Positions 51,606 through 63,241 are shown, counted from the first letter of the stretch. The stretch is 64,000 nucleotides of DNA from Neoconidiobolus thromboides FSU 785 (GCA_025603075.1 MU626286.1:94239-158238), one strand, 5' to 3'. The notes: generated from the letters alone by a model not told the origin. A program made the numbers and translations.

Positions 51606-53322
51606 AGGGGATAGGAGGGGTATTTAGTTATTACATATTTTTTAAATCTGAGTAATGAGTATTTATTTATTTGAATTCTATAATAAAAAGGATATTAAAA
51701 AAGTTAATAAATTTAATAGTTTTATTTATGTCCTATATATTATCGATAATGATAATGAAAAACAAACTCATTTGAAAAGCTCATTTACTAAATTTATTTA
51801 AACAGCTATTTATTCAAATAGTTCTTGATTCCGTTTAGCATAAATCAATCTAATAAGACCGAACCACTATGAGTTCACTGTACATTATCTTACCTAAATT
51901 CATAAAAGTAGGTTCCAAAACACTTCTTCAATATGTCTTTTATAATAGTCATACAAAAAAATAGCATTATAGCTTCTAAGTCATAGGGAATTTAGTCTTT
52001 TGTTACAAAATACATTATCACTCTGTTTACCAAAATAATGTAAGTTATAAAATGGGTTTCTATTCTATTAAGTCAACATCGCTCTTCAATTATAATAACA
52101 ATTATTCTATTATTCTAAGCAATTCAGTAATATAAATATGTGTTAGAAGACTATTATTAAACTAAAAAACTTCATCAACATATGTATTATAGTTTTATTA
52201 AAAATTGTATATAATAGGATTTTCAAATTAAGTCGTTATTTAGTAATGAAACAAAAGGATAACATTTGGAAGTATTCATTTCAATCCAGAATCTTATATC
52301 CTTCAAAGTTATATCTTTTTATTCTAGAATGGCAAGTAAAGTTAATCAAGCTTTTTAGTCGTTGGTTATAGATACCTTTTTAGTTGATTCCTCCTTAGTT
52401 AACAAATTATTGTAGCATTTTAATGTTAAGAAAAGTCATTCGATATATAATTTTAATTTAAGTTGTAGCATAAACATGAATTTATAACTGATTTTATTTT
52501 TTTAATTTAGCTTTTATATTGAACTATAATAAACTATAAACCATAGACAGTTATCTATCATTTCTTCAGTTATGCTTGTCCCAACTATCGCTCATAAGAG
52601 CTTAACAGACTCGTATAGTAGTTAACTGGAAGAACCAGACCACTTAATCAATCGTGATCTGAGATGATTCAACATAAAAAATTATAAAACTTCTATAGTT
52701 TTTTACCAAAGCTTTTGAACTTTTAAATTTTAAAACTCTGAAGCAATAAAAAATACACAAATGTATAAATTAAAGATAGTAATCACATACATTTGTTGTC
52801 AAATATATATGATAATTATATATACCATTATCTAACAGTTAAAACTCATTCAATCAAATAGTAATAATACATAAAGCTTCATTCTTAGTTGCTTAAGTTA
52901 GTGGTTTTAAGTTTAATCTTATCCATTATCCAAAGAAACGCGACGGACAACGACTATATCTGAAAATAAGCCCTTGAACGCCATGTTTCAATGAATAATT
53001 CAACAACCAATGAGTCTTTAGACTCATTAAGTAAACTCACCAATGTCTTGATGGGCCCATAAACTAAGAATGTTAGCAGAATGAACTAATAGTAAAAGCC
53101 AATCTAAAAGTTCACAAATTTAAAAATTTAAAGTCAATTTATATACATTGAATTTTGAATGCTTAGATTTAATTTGCTTATAGGATTTTATCCTCCAATC
53201 GTTAGGGTTATATATTTTTTATGCACTTTTATTAAAAATATAGGGCTGTAAGTAGTTCACTATATCAATAAGGATACGATTCTCTCTTTGTGATTCGGCT
53301 ATACTGGACCTATTGATTACAA

Positions 53323-53884
53323 ATGGCTCAAACTACTGAACGTACTGGTATCTTTGTTGGTGCTAACAAAGGCCACAAGACCACTGCTCGCGACCTTAAG
53401 CAAAAACCATCTTACAAAAAAGGAGTAAGTAAAGAACTTTAATTAGATCATAAAGAAACAAGAAAATAAAGGAGCAAAGATAAAATATAATAGAACACAT
53501 CCATCAAATTATCATTTATAAAAATTCAATTTGATGTATTAGGCTAGAAAAAAATAACAACTGAATTAATAAATTTATTGATTTGAATGAAACAAATATT
53601 GACATTTAAAAAATAGAATGCTGGTAAGCGTCCTACTTTTGTTCGTGAATTAATCCGTGAAGTTGCCGGATTTGCTCCATATGAACGTCGTGTTATGGAA
53701 TTACTCAAGAACTCTAAAGATAAGCGTGCCCGTAAGCTCGCTAAAAAGAGAGTATGTTTTAATCTATGAATTCAATTGTGAAATTTATAATAATTATTTT
53801 TAGCTCGGTACTCTTGTTCGTGCCAAGAAGAAGGTTGAAGAACTCAGCAACATCATCGCTGAATCTCGTCGTCAACATCATTAA
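53323..53884 (+). CDS. RPL36: 60S ribosomal protein eL36 (exons 53323-53424, 53617-53751, 53804-53884)
   Basis: [65 protein letters not shown]. Confidence 0.97.
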
Positions 53885-54760
53885 TTTAACATAAACAATT
53901 AAAAGTAATAAATTGACAAGAGTATTTTAATTTAAGTAAGAAACTGAAATAGTGATAAAAAAAATTAAAGTTTTGATTTAATATATAACAGTTAAGGAAG
54001 ATTTAAGGAATAATTCTAGTTTAGATTGTGAAAAGGAATCAATTAACTCTTTAAGTACAGCCTAAAGATAAACAATAATGAAGATCAAAATAGATTTACC
54101 GAGTTATTAGAATGTAGTTAATATTTGGAGTTTGAGTTTAATAAATAGATTGTTCAATTTTAGAGGATTTATCAGTTTTTTCAAAATCCAACTATATTAT
54201 TCAACATATTGGGTCAATATAGTCATACCAATGTTTGTCTATGGGTCGGTAAAAAATTATTATAGGGTTTAAAGCAATCTTTTTAATTGCGATGACTTTA
54301 TATAACAGTATAGTTAAAATTTATTTAAAATTATGAAGTTTTAGTATATTTATCAAAACAAAATATTAAATAGGATGTTTAGATATATAAGATATAATTA
54401 TTTAATGTAAAATGATAACCATTTTTTAGATGACAGTTGAGTTTATAATTAATTATAGTTTTATCTCTCTAATAAAATTTTAGTTTATTCATAATAGATG
54501 TTATAAATTCTTATTTCAAGAGTTAGTTTTCTTGTATAACTATATTTTTAAATTGAAGTTAATTTAATAAAAATTATAATGATGTTGGATCTATTTTAAT
54601 ATAATAGATGTTTAATATTGACTTACTAATCATATCCTATAGCTCATATATGAACAATCTATGATATATAACATATTAAAATAAGTATAAAACCAAAATA
54701 TTTCATTAATATAATATATTATTAATTTATTAAAAGTAAAAATAAGAGAACGAGCGAGGT

Positions 54761-56068
54761 TTAAAACTGAGGTTTATGAGCCATTGGTTTAATGGAACGT
54801 TTTCTAATACGAGGTTGACGACGTTTACGTAATAAAGTACGAAAATGAGGAAGAGAAATACGTTTTTGTTCCATCACAATATTACTAGTAGGGGAATCTC
54901 CAATTTCATTTAATTTAAAATTCGATTGAACCCCATAAGTAATTTTAATATCAAATGGATCTCTTTTTTGTGAGGAAGCTAAACTTGCTTTATCGGTATT
55001 ATTATGGTTCAATTGATCTTCAACAAATTTCACTTCACTTGATTTAGTAACTTTGGAACTAAAGCTTGGCTTACTATGTTTATGAAGAATTTTAGAATCT
55101 TTATAACGTTCCAATATTTGTTTCGTTGCAATTAAAGAAGAATCACGAGGTGGTATAATTATTTTATCAATTTGATTTCTTTTGGCCAAATAATTCATAT
55201 GCCATTCTTTGTCCCTTTTACTAACTTTAGCCTCAATTAAATTAAAACTAGAGGCAGTATTATATACATTCTTATTTTCACTCATTGAATCTTCATTAAC
55301 TGGTTGTTTCCTATGCATTTTTTTAAGAAAGGTAGGTTTAGAACGTGATAGTAATCGATATTTGGAACTATTTCTTTGTATTTTTACTGATGGCTTTGAA
55401 GAACTTTCTTCCATTTCATCTACCCATTCATTGATTATATCTTTTTTACCCTTTTTAATAAAATCTCCACTAATTTCATCTCTATTAAATACTTCTCCAG
55501 GATTAAATGAACTAGTACTTGTTGTTTTTGAATTAAGCCCAATGGAACTGGTTTTCTTGGTTACTTTTTCTTTATCTTCTTTCTTCACTGGATTGACTTT
55601 AGAATCATAAATTTCCATATGTGCAAAATCATTAAATTGTAGTTTATCCGGTATAGGTTCCAAGGGTTGCAGTGTATAAGTAACTGGTGAGGGCAATGAT
55701 TTTTCAATTACTGACTTTCTCCCGAAACAAGACGTATTAATAGATAACCTCTGATTTGGATTTAGATTTGGATTATGATTGACTATACTTGATTTAGCAC
55801 TTAATGGAATGGAATTGATAGACCCTTCATAATCATATTGTGCACTTTCTCTTGGTTTGAAATTAATAAATTCTCCCTTAGAGTCTCGATATTTATCAGT
55901 GTAAATGGATACATTACCTTTTCGTTTAGCAGGTAAATTTTCAGCAGGTATAGATATAGGTTTACTTGAAGGTAAAGCTAACAAAGCTTCTAATCTTGCT
56001 ACAAGATCGTCTTCCGAACTATTAGTAGTAGTAGCTGAATTCTTAATATCTTTTTGATCGCCAAGCAT
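54761..56068 (-). CDS. Hypothetical Ser/Lys-rich, largely disordered protein
   Basis: Intact 435-aa ORF from ATG with no recognisable domain. Confidence 0.7.
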   Translation of the reverse strand: MLGDQKDIKNSATTTNSSEDDLVARLEALLALPSSKPISIPAENLPAKRKGNVSIYTDKYRDSKGEFINFKPRESAQYDYEGSINSIPLSAKSSIVNHNPNLNPNQRLSINTSCFGRKSVIEKSLPSPVTYTLQPLEPIPDKLQFNDFAHMEIYDSKVNPVKKEDKEKVTKKTSSIGLNSKTTSTSSFNPGEVFNRDEISGDFIKKGKKDIINEWVDEMEESSSKPSVKIQRNSSKYRLLSRSKPTFLKKMHRKQPVNEDSMSENKNVYNTASSFNLIEAKVSKRDKEWHMNYLAKRNQIDKIIIPPRDSSLIATKQILERYKDSKILHKHSKPSFSSKVTKSSEVKFVEDQLNHNNTDKASLASSQKRDPFDIKITYGVQSNFKLNEIGDSPTSNIVMEQKRISLPHFRTLLRKRRQPRIRKRSIKPMAHKPQF

Positions 56069-56133
56069 GGAAAAAATGAAATCTTTACATAAGCAAGCAA
56101 ATTAGGTTTAATGCTACTTTGAAGTGAGGCATA

Positions 56134-56343
56134 ATGGAGATTTATTGGTTTAAACAAATGGTTTTGAATTATCTAATGGATGATTTTAAATTGGCCAATA
56201 AAATCAAACTAAGAATAACTGGTGACTTAGGAGCTATTTTTGGTGAAATAATCAATAATTATTTTAAACTTGAATTGTTAAAATCTATTTTATCATATGT
56301 GATATTCTATATGTATATACTAAATATATATAATGGCATTTGA
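56134..56343 (+). pseudogene. Possible N-terminal fragment of another F-box-like gene
   Basis: MEIYWFKQMVLNYL..D.KL has an F-box-like W...L.YL pattern. The frame closes early. Confidence 0.25.
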
Positions 56344-56726
56344 AACATAAAAATGATCAATTTTTTTAATAAAATGGAATAGTTAAATGACTCTATAAAA
56401 TTAATTACAAATATATTAGATTTATTAGTCAGTATAAAGATTGGTTGCTATTTTCGAGTTTTTTTTATAAAGAACGTTTTTTATATCCTTGAAAAAAGAG
56501 TTGTAAGGGCTCCCCCCGAGTGCTTTATTTAACAAAATGATTCAATTTAAAACAAACAAAGAGGATTTAAGAGGTATTTAAGCAAGAGTTCGCGAATACT
56601 CTTGTTCCTGACTAGACCTAACTTTGCCGATTCAAATCCTTTCAACTGAATGGTGTAAATAAGCCACTATTATAGAACTACTTTTTAGGCTACAATACAT
56701 TTTAACACTTGTAAAAAATTTACTGC

Positions 56727-57491
56727 TTAAATATGAAAAAATAAAATGAAAGGTGTTAAGAATGCCAAAGCAATAATAAATACTTCATAAAGTAACATTG
56801 ACCTTTCTTTAAAAATTTTATAGCCTGCAAACACAATCGGTTTCACACCTTTCTTACTTAGACGTAGTACTTTTATATTAACTCGATACTTTACTTGAGT
56901 ATAATATTCACGTACCCATAAACTCAAATTGTAGTCAATACGTGATGTAGAACACGAAAAAGAACTTGAATCTTGTAACTTAGTTTCATCCCACCAATCA
57001 TTGATACGTTTCCATTTTTGATCAAAAGTAAGGTTAACACCAGCTTTTGTCCCAAAAAGTTGAAAATCATCACCACTTTTAATGCTCATTTTACTTTCTA
57101 CTTTATCTATCTGTAATCCTTTATAGAATGTTGTGGTTGTTACCTGATCCTCTTCTACAATAACACCCATACTCTCTTTATTCCATATATTCTCTGCTAC
57201 CATCCAATCATTTCCAATATATTCGTAAATTGTATCCTCATTAAAGTACTTTGTTTTTTTATTCTGCAACTCATGTTTTGTATCTTTATTCAAGTGAGGG
57301 TTATTTTCAACAGTACTGGATATTATGTCAAAAACTTTGTCTTGAACTTGACATCTCCAATCACAATTCATTGCATTATTTAATGATACAGCAGCACCTG
57401 TGGCATTATATTGTTGTCTTTTTTCTATAATGAAATAGTGGCTGTTTAAATAGTGAATAAAACAACCGAAAGTAAGAAAAGTGGAATACAT
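56727..57491 (-). CDS. Hypothetical secreted or membrane-anchored protein
   Basis: ATG at 57491, hydrophobic N-terminus, Kex2-like EKR site, three Cys and a hydrophobic C-terminal segment. Confidence 0.75.
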   Translation of the reverse strand: MYSTFLTFGCFIHYLNSHYFIIEKRQQYNATGAAVSLNNAMNCDWRCQVQDKVFDIISSTVENNPHLNKDTKHELQNKKTKYFNEDTIYEYIGNDWMVAENIWNKESMGVIVEEDQVTTTTFYKGLQIDKVESKMSIKSGDDFQLFGTKAGVNLTFDQKWKRINDWWDETKLQDSSSFSCSTSRIDYNLSLWVREYYTQVKYRVNIKVLRLSKKGVKPIVFAGYKIFKERSMLLYEVFIIALAFLTPFILFFHI

Positions 57492-57892
57492 ATCTTTATA
57501 ATTCAATGCTTATACTTAATATCTTATTTAAAATAGGTTTAAAAAATATGCAAGTAGCTATCCTATATAATAATGAAAAATAATAACAAAATAACTCATA
57601 AAATAAAAATAAGACTACTCCTATTTATGTGGTTGTACAGGTTCTGAAATGACGTTTTTAAATGTTCTGATAATATTCTAAATTTTACACTAGAACTGGT
57701 GTCAAAAAGAATTAATATCAATATGACCATCTTTTTAATTTGGTACTGTGTGATAACTTGTTTTTTATTTCAACTATTTTATTCTAATCAGAACCTATAC
57801 TTGAAGCGAGGCGAAATGGGTTCAAAATGTAATATTGGAAATGGACAAATTCAATAAAAAATGATGTATTGATAGTTCATTAAAAGTAATCC

Positions 57893-57992
57893 ATACGGGC
57901 ACGTGCTTTTGTGTTTGAGAATTTTACTAACAAATTTTCCGCTCAAATAGCGCTTAAAAGATGAAAAAGGTGAAGCCAAAAACACCCCTATA
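57893..57992 (+). mobile_element. MITE-like element family A, copy 15
   Basis: ATACGGGCACGTGCTTTTGTG...AATAGCGCTTAAAAGATG...CACCCCTATA. Confidence 0.85.
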
Positions 57993-58868
57993 TCCTATAT
58001 AAAAAATTAAGAAAACCAGTTCCTAGAATTATATCAAAAGTCTTCAATGTTATCATATTATCTTTTTCTTCAAATAACTTTCTTCGATCAAAAATAAACA
58101 AGCAACATTATATAGTTTCAAATCCGAGTAACCGCTGTCACACTAAACATTGAATACAAGTGACTAGATGAAGGATTGATACAACTTACTAAACTCAATT
58201 GGTTTATTTTTGAAGGGTCTCATTGTTTATAGTTAATCTCAATAAACTGGGGCAATTTAATTTTAATTTTAATTCATATACTCTATCGAACGTGAACAAA
58301 TTAGGACTAAAATACTTGAGCATTTCAAGCTTTAGATAATTATTGAACTTTATACATATTTCTGTTATCTCTTTTACTTCATATGAACTTCCAAAATCTT
58401 CCATATCCACAAAATGAAGGCATGATTTATTTAATTGATAAAGATGTTCATTCAATAGATTTTTTAAAGCTTTATTTCCAAGTAATTTTATACAATTTAA
58501 GCTCCTTTAAGTTATCAAATTTTCATAACAATTTTTTAGGTTTAAGAAATCCATCGTACTATAATTAATAATACTTATTAACAAGGTAATAGTTGATAGC
58601 AAGATAGATATAACTATTTTTGGAAAATAATGATATAAACTGTCAAATGTTATATATTTCAAATTACATTTTTAATGTCAATCCAGTTCTTACTTAAATA
58701 ATTATATGTCAGTATGCCATCAACAAGATTAGTATAAAAAGCACATATCAATAGAATAGAATATACATATTTTATATTTTTCAAATAGTCCTCTAGATAT
58801 AAATATAGTTTTGTAAAATTTGAATACAATGAAGTATAGATTCATAAACTCAAAAAAGGTATAGTCAT

Positions 58869-58977
58869 TATATGGGGATGTATTTTTGTATTTGAGAATT
58901 TTACTAACAAATTTTCGATTTAAATAGCGCTTAAAAGATGGAAAAAATAATGAAGCCAAAAAAAACATCCCCAAATA
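58869..58977 (+). mobile_element. MITE-like element family A, copy 16
   Basis: TATATGGGGATGTATTTTTG...CATCCCCAAATA. Confidence 0.9.
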
Positions 58978-58981
58978 CTTA

Positions 58982-59087
58982 ATATGAGGATGTTTTTTTG
59001 GCTTCATTACTTTTTCCACCCTGCAAGTGCTATTTGAGTGGAAAAATTGCTAGTAGATTCTTAGACACAAAAATACATCCCTATATA
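58982..59087 (-). mobile_element. MITE-like element family A, copy 17 (inverted, abutting copy 16)
   Basis: ATATGAGGATG...TACATCCCTATATA. Confidence 0.88.
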
Positions 59088-59828
59088 ATGACTATACTTT
59101 TTACATAATTCCATCATTTTTCTTCTACCAATAGCACCATGGTTAATGTCAAAACAAACGCCCATTAAGTTGAAATCTTCTTATAAAATAAGCACTATTG
59201 CTTTATTCTATCCTTTATAACATAATAAGAAAGTGAACTTATCTATACTTAAAAAATGGTATAATATATCCTTGATCACAATCTTTTCAAGGTTTTCAAG
59301 TTTAAATAAATTACTCATTTTATAATTAGCTAAAATTATAGAAAATGCCAAAAGAAAAGAAACAAACAAAAAACTATTGCCTTTTCTATGTTGCTCTTAT
59401 ACGACTATGTAGCCTGAATTTAATTTTTGGCGCCCTTTATATTAAAAATTTTAGTTTGGTTCAGGATTATTGATGTCAACTGAGCTTAGAATATTCTTTT
59501 AAAAAACATATATCTATAAGATCAATTAACTCTTTTATTGAAGTGTTTACAATTTTACATTAAAAGATTTGGGTATAATCTAGGATAACTAAAGCTTTTT
59601 AAAATGATTTACATATTTAAAGTATGATTGTTCTGTAGACATTCACATTCATGATATCAAAATCCGAATAAACAATATAAAGTACACCAATAGTAAATTA
59701 TTCCATGGAAAACTAGAGTTTCATTGAAAACCGAGCTAGCTCTATAAAAACTAATATTTAAAATATTGGCAATAAAGTAAATCAGATAAAAATAAAAATA
59801 AAAATTGCAAATGGGAATTCGACTTTAT

Positions 59829-61196
59829 TTATTGCCTTATAAAATAGAATTTAGGATTATTGATATATTTTGCTTTTATAGAACTTTCGCAATCTACAGC
59901 TTCGAATGACGATATATTTTTAAAATGAATCAAGATAAAATCAATCATAGTAATTGAACTAGAACATTGAATATGCTCAAATAATACATGAGTTAAATTG
60001 GAATTGCCTTTGATTTTGAAGTCTAAAAATGGTAGATCAGTATTAAAATGAGAGTATGATATTTCAAGTCTGTATAAAATAGGACATGATGTATAGAGAA
60101 AATGAAAAAACTCAGTTCCTAAAATTGACCCATCAATTTTCAATGTAATAATGTTACTCTTTTTTTTTGGATAAATTTCTTTAACTAAAGACAATGATTT
60201 ATTATGATATGTATCTAAATCTAAGCATGTGATTGTTGGCATGCTAAATATTGAGTATAAGAGGCAAGATGGTATATCACTACAACTCTTCAAACATAAC
60301 TGATTTAATTTTGGAAATGATTTATTACTTATACTTATTTTAGATAGATCAAAACGGTATAGCTTTAATTCTCTTAAATTAGACACTCCATCAAGTATTA
60401 ATGTAGAATAAAAAGATACATGATAAAATGACTCAAGTTTTGGATAATTGTTTAAATCAATGTACGTGTCTTCAAAGCCCAAGGTTCTTACCTCTATAGA
60501 TCCAATATGTAATTTTCTTAATTGCGGAAATTGCTTTTTCCTTAAATATCTATATTCCTCTAGCTCAAGTATGACATTTTCTAATTTAAATATCCTTAAA
60601 TTATCAAATTTGTTTATTACTTTTATAAAATATGGGACCCCTTGATTAGAATTGTTGCTGATATTCAACGAACTTATGGTTGGTGGTAAAATTGGTAATA
60701 TTGATATTGTAAAATAATCCTCAAAATTTCTAAGTTCTAAATATCTTAAATTTTGAAACACCTTTTTAATATTGATCTTATTTAAGTTTATATACTCTTT
60801 AATTGTCATATTACCCACATAATCTGTGTAACAGACACCTTCCAAACAGCTATTGTTTAAATTTTCTCTATTATATAAATAATTATTTAAAAGTAAATAA
60901 AGTTTTGAACAATTTGGATACGTTGAAGGATGGTTTGGGAAACCTTGCCATTTTCCAAGGTTTAGGGATTTAATAAAATGACCATATTTTCTGTATACCT
61001 TCTTCATTTCTCTGTCATATTCATAATGGTAAATATTACTATCTAAGTTGATATTCTCCCATAACATGGGCGTTATTATGAGATTCCATCTTTTGCAACA
61101 TAGGAGTAATTTACACTTATCTTTGTTTGAAAGATGATTTAATACTTCTTTGATCGCCATACTTCCAAGATTCTCAAGTTTAAATATATTACTCAT
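59829..61196 (-). CDS. F-box-like/LRR (RNI-like) protein, the only intact family member in the window
   Basis: Intronless ORF. N-terminal L...VLNHLS.KDK.KLLLCCKRW is F-box-like and is followed by LxxLxL repeats. ATG at 61196 agrees with the paralog starts (MSN.F). Confidence 0.8.
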   Translation of the reverse strand: MSNIFKLENLGSMAIKEVLNHLSNKDKCKLLLCCKRWNLIITPMLWENINLDSNIYHYEYDREMKKVYRKYGHFIKSLNLGKWQGFPNHPSTYPNCSKLYLLLNNYLYNRENLNNSCLEGVCYTDYVGNMTIKEYINLNKINIKKVFQNLRYLELRNFEDYFTISILPILPPTISSLNISNNSNQGVPYFIKVINKFDNLRIFKLENVILELEEYRYLRKKQFPQLRKLHIGSIEVRTLGFEDTYIDLNNYPKLESFYHVSFYSTLILDGVSNLRELKLYRFDLSKISISNKSFPKLNQLCLKSCSDIPSCLLYSIFSMPTITCLDLDTYHNKSLSLVKEIYPKKKSNIITLKIDGSILGTEFFHFLYTSCPILYRLEISYSHFNTDLPFLDFKIKGNSNLTHVLFEHIQCSSSITMIDFILIHFKNISSFEAVDCESSIKAKYINNPKFYFIRQ

Positions 61197-61712
61197 CTTT
61201 AAATTATTCAAGATATGAGCAGAAAATAGAAAGAAAGTTAGATTATTTTGTTGACCATTTTCTGAGTTTTGCTACAAAATGATGTCTAATCATACAAACC
61301 AATAATAATCAACCTTTAACTTTTCATATTAAATTATTTTAGAAACATCTGACTTAAACCTGCTTTAGGTGTTTTTAATAATTTAATATGAAAAGTCATA
61401 AAAAGGTACATCCCTCAGATTCATATAAAAATTAAGCTAAAATTAAAAAGAACGAGAGTCATTTATTTTGTAGCATGTTCTAAGATTTTCAAAATATTTA
61501 CAGTTCTGTGATAGATTATTGATTTCTATTACTGGGTAATTAAAACTTTCTAGATAAAAGGATCTGTTCTTAAAAAGAATCGTTTTGTATACATAAAAAG
61601 CTTTATTAAACATAATATATCTTATACTTTATACTATCATTGTGTCGTTCTAATCATAAGCTATAATATTGATAAAGCCGAAGTTCAAATATGTGAATTA
61701 ATTTTTAAAGTT

Positions 61713-61819
61713 TATATGGGGATGTATTTTTTATTTAAGAACTATACTAACAATCTTTCCTCTCAAATAGCACTTGAAAAATGGAGAAAGCAATGAAACC
61801 AAAAAAATATACCCATATA
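61713..61819 (+). mobile_element. MITE-like element family A, copy 18
   Basis: TATATGGGGATGTATTTT...AATAGCACTTG...TATACCCATATA. Confidence 0.88.
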
Positions 61820-61877
61820 CTTTAAAGTCATAGCTGAAAAAAATCAAATAAAAACACGAATTAGTCTTATAATTTAT

Positions 61878-63241
61878 TTATGTCCTAAAATAATATTCAA
61901 AGTTATTAAAATACTTTACGCGTAAAGACTTGTCACAATAGCTAAAGCTAAATGAGCCTATGCTTTTAAAATGCATTAGAACAAAGCTAATAATAGTAAT
62001 TGAGTTGGGACATCAGTGTACCTGAATAGGACGTTAGCTAAATTAGAATCTATGGCTGTTTCGAAATTCAAGTGTAATAAATCAACATTGAAGTCATATT
62101 ATTCTATTTCAAGATCATATAGCATAAGAGATGGCGTGTACAAAAAATTAAAAGAAATTAACTCTTAAAGTTAACCATTTAATCTTTAATATAATTATAC
62201 TATTTTTCTTTTTTATATAATTCCTTTAATTAGAAATGATGAATTACTTTCACGTAGTGACAAAGCTAAGGAGGTAACTGTTGAAATATTAAAAATTGAA
62301 AACAAGTTTTGATGGAAATTAGCTATAACTTTGTAAACTTAATTGATTTGATTTTGGAAATAATTTGCTACTGATACGTATTTGAAATGTAATCATGTCC
62401 CCAAGTTCAATGCTCTTAAATTAGGAACTCCGCCAAATTTTAAGATAAAACAGTCTTCATAGATAAGTGATTCAAGTTTTGGATAATTGTTTAACTCAAT
62501 ATACATTTCTTCATATTCAAAATCTCTTATCTCTATGCCTTGGATAGGTAACTTTTTTAGCCATGGAAATTGTTTCTTTGTTAAATACCTGTACTCTTCT
62601 AATTTAAACCTAACATCAACTATCATAAGTTTCTTTAGGCTATCAACTATTTTTAGCAAATCATCAAAACATGTCAACACCCTGTTGGAATTACGATTGG
62701 TACTTAGTGGGTTAATACTTGACGACAACTTTGGAATTACTAATGTTTTAAAGCAATCGCTAGTATAACCAAGTTTAAATACTTCAAATTTTGGATACTT
62801 TCTTAATATCAATCTCATTTTTGATTATATATAATATATAATTCTTACCTGTTAAATAGTCATCACAATAAACACCTAACAATGTAACACTCATCAAATT
62901 CTCATTGTTTTCCAAATATGTATCTAGAGATAAACTGAGCTTTATGCATTTTGGATATATTAGAGGATCAAATGTGAAATAATGATAAAACCTAACATAT
63001 AAATGTTTAATATAACAGCTATATTTTTTAATTGCTTCCTTCATATTTGTCTGACATTGGAAATTGCTAAAGTCTCTATTCATATCTTCCTACAGTATAC
63101 CTCCTACAGTGTAGGAATTACTGTTTTATTCCATTCTTTACAGCATGAAAGTAGATAATGTTTATTTTTACTTAAAAGATGACATAATGCTTGTTTGATT
63201 ATAGTCTTTCCAAGGTTTTTGGATTGAAATGGATTGCTCAT
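61878..63241 (-). pseudogene. F-box/LRR-like family pseudogene
   Basis: MSNPFQSKNLGKTIIKQALCHL start. ORF pieces 62784-63083 and 62393-62818 (LEEYRYLTKKQFP, ELNNYPKLES) align to the intact gene. Contains stops, frameshifts and a 14-bp duplication. Confidence 0.82.

Larger units (their letters stand above)
57760..59318 (-). pseudogene. F-box/LRR-like pseudogene interrupted by three family-A MITEs
   Basis: MSNLFKLENLEKIVIKDILYH...KKYSHYI (59318-59087) is broken by a MITE pair. The gene resumes with YSNFTKLYLYLEDYL and IKFNNYLKLE and is cut again at ~57993. The 3' end is approximate. Confidence 0.8.

Noticed and set aside
52520-52740. Minus-strand peptide AIVGTSITEEMIDNCLW resembling a Tc1/pogo transposase C-terminus
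   Set aside because: Too short and degenerate, with no DDE motif or TIRs to support it.
53425-53616. Unusually long RPL36 intron 1 (192 nt) as a snoRNA host
   Set aside because: The only C/D-like pair (TGATGT...CTGA) spans ~33 nt, which is too short, and no H/ACA hairpins are evident.
56580-56650. Hairpin CAAGAGT-TCGCGAAT-ACTCTTG plus B-box-like GATTCAAATCC as a tRNA/SINE
   Set aside because: No cloverleaf, no convincing A-box and no second copy.
63088-63117. TACAGTA / TACAGTGTA resembling Tc1/mariner excision footprints
   Set aside because: It is explained as a 14-bp tandem duplication of the pseudogene's L-W-E codons after a TGG-to-TAG change, since both copies carry TAG.
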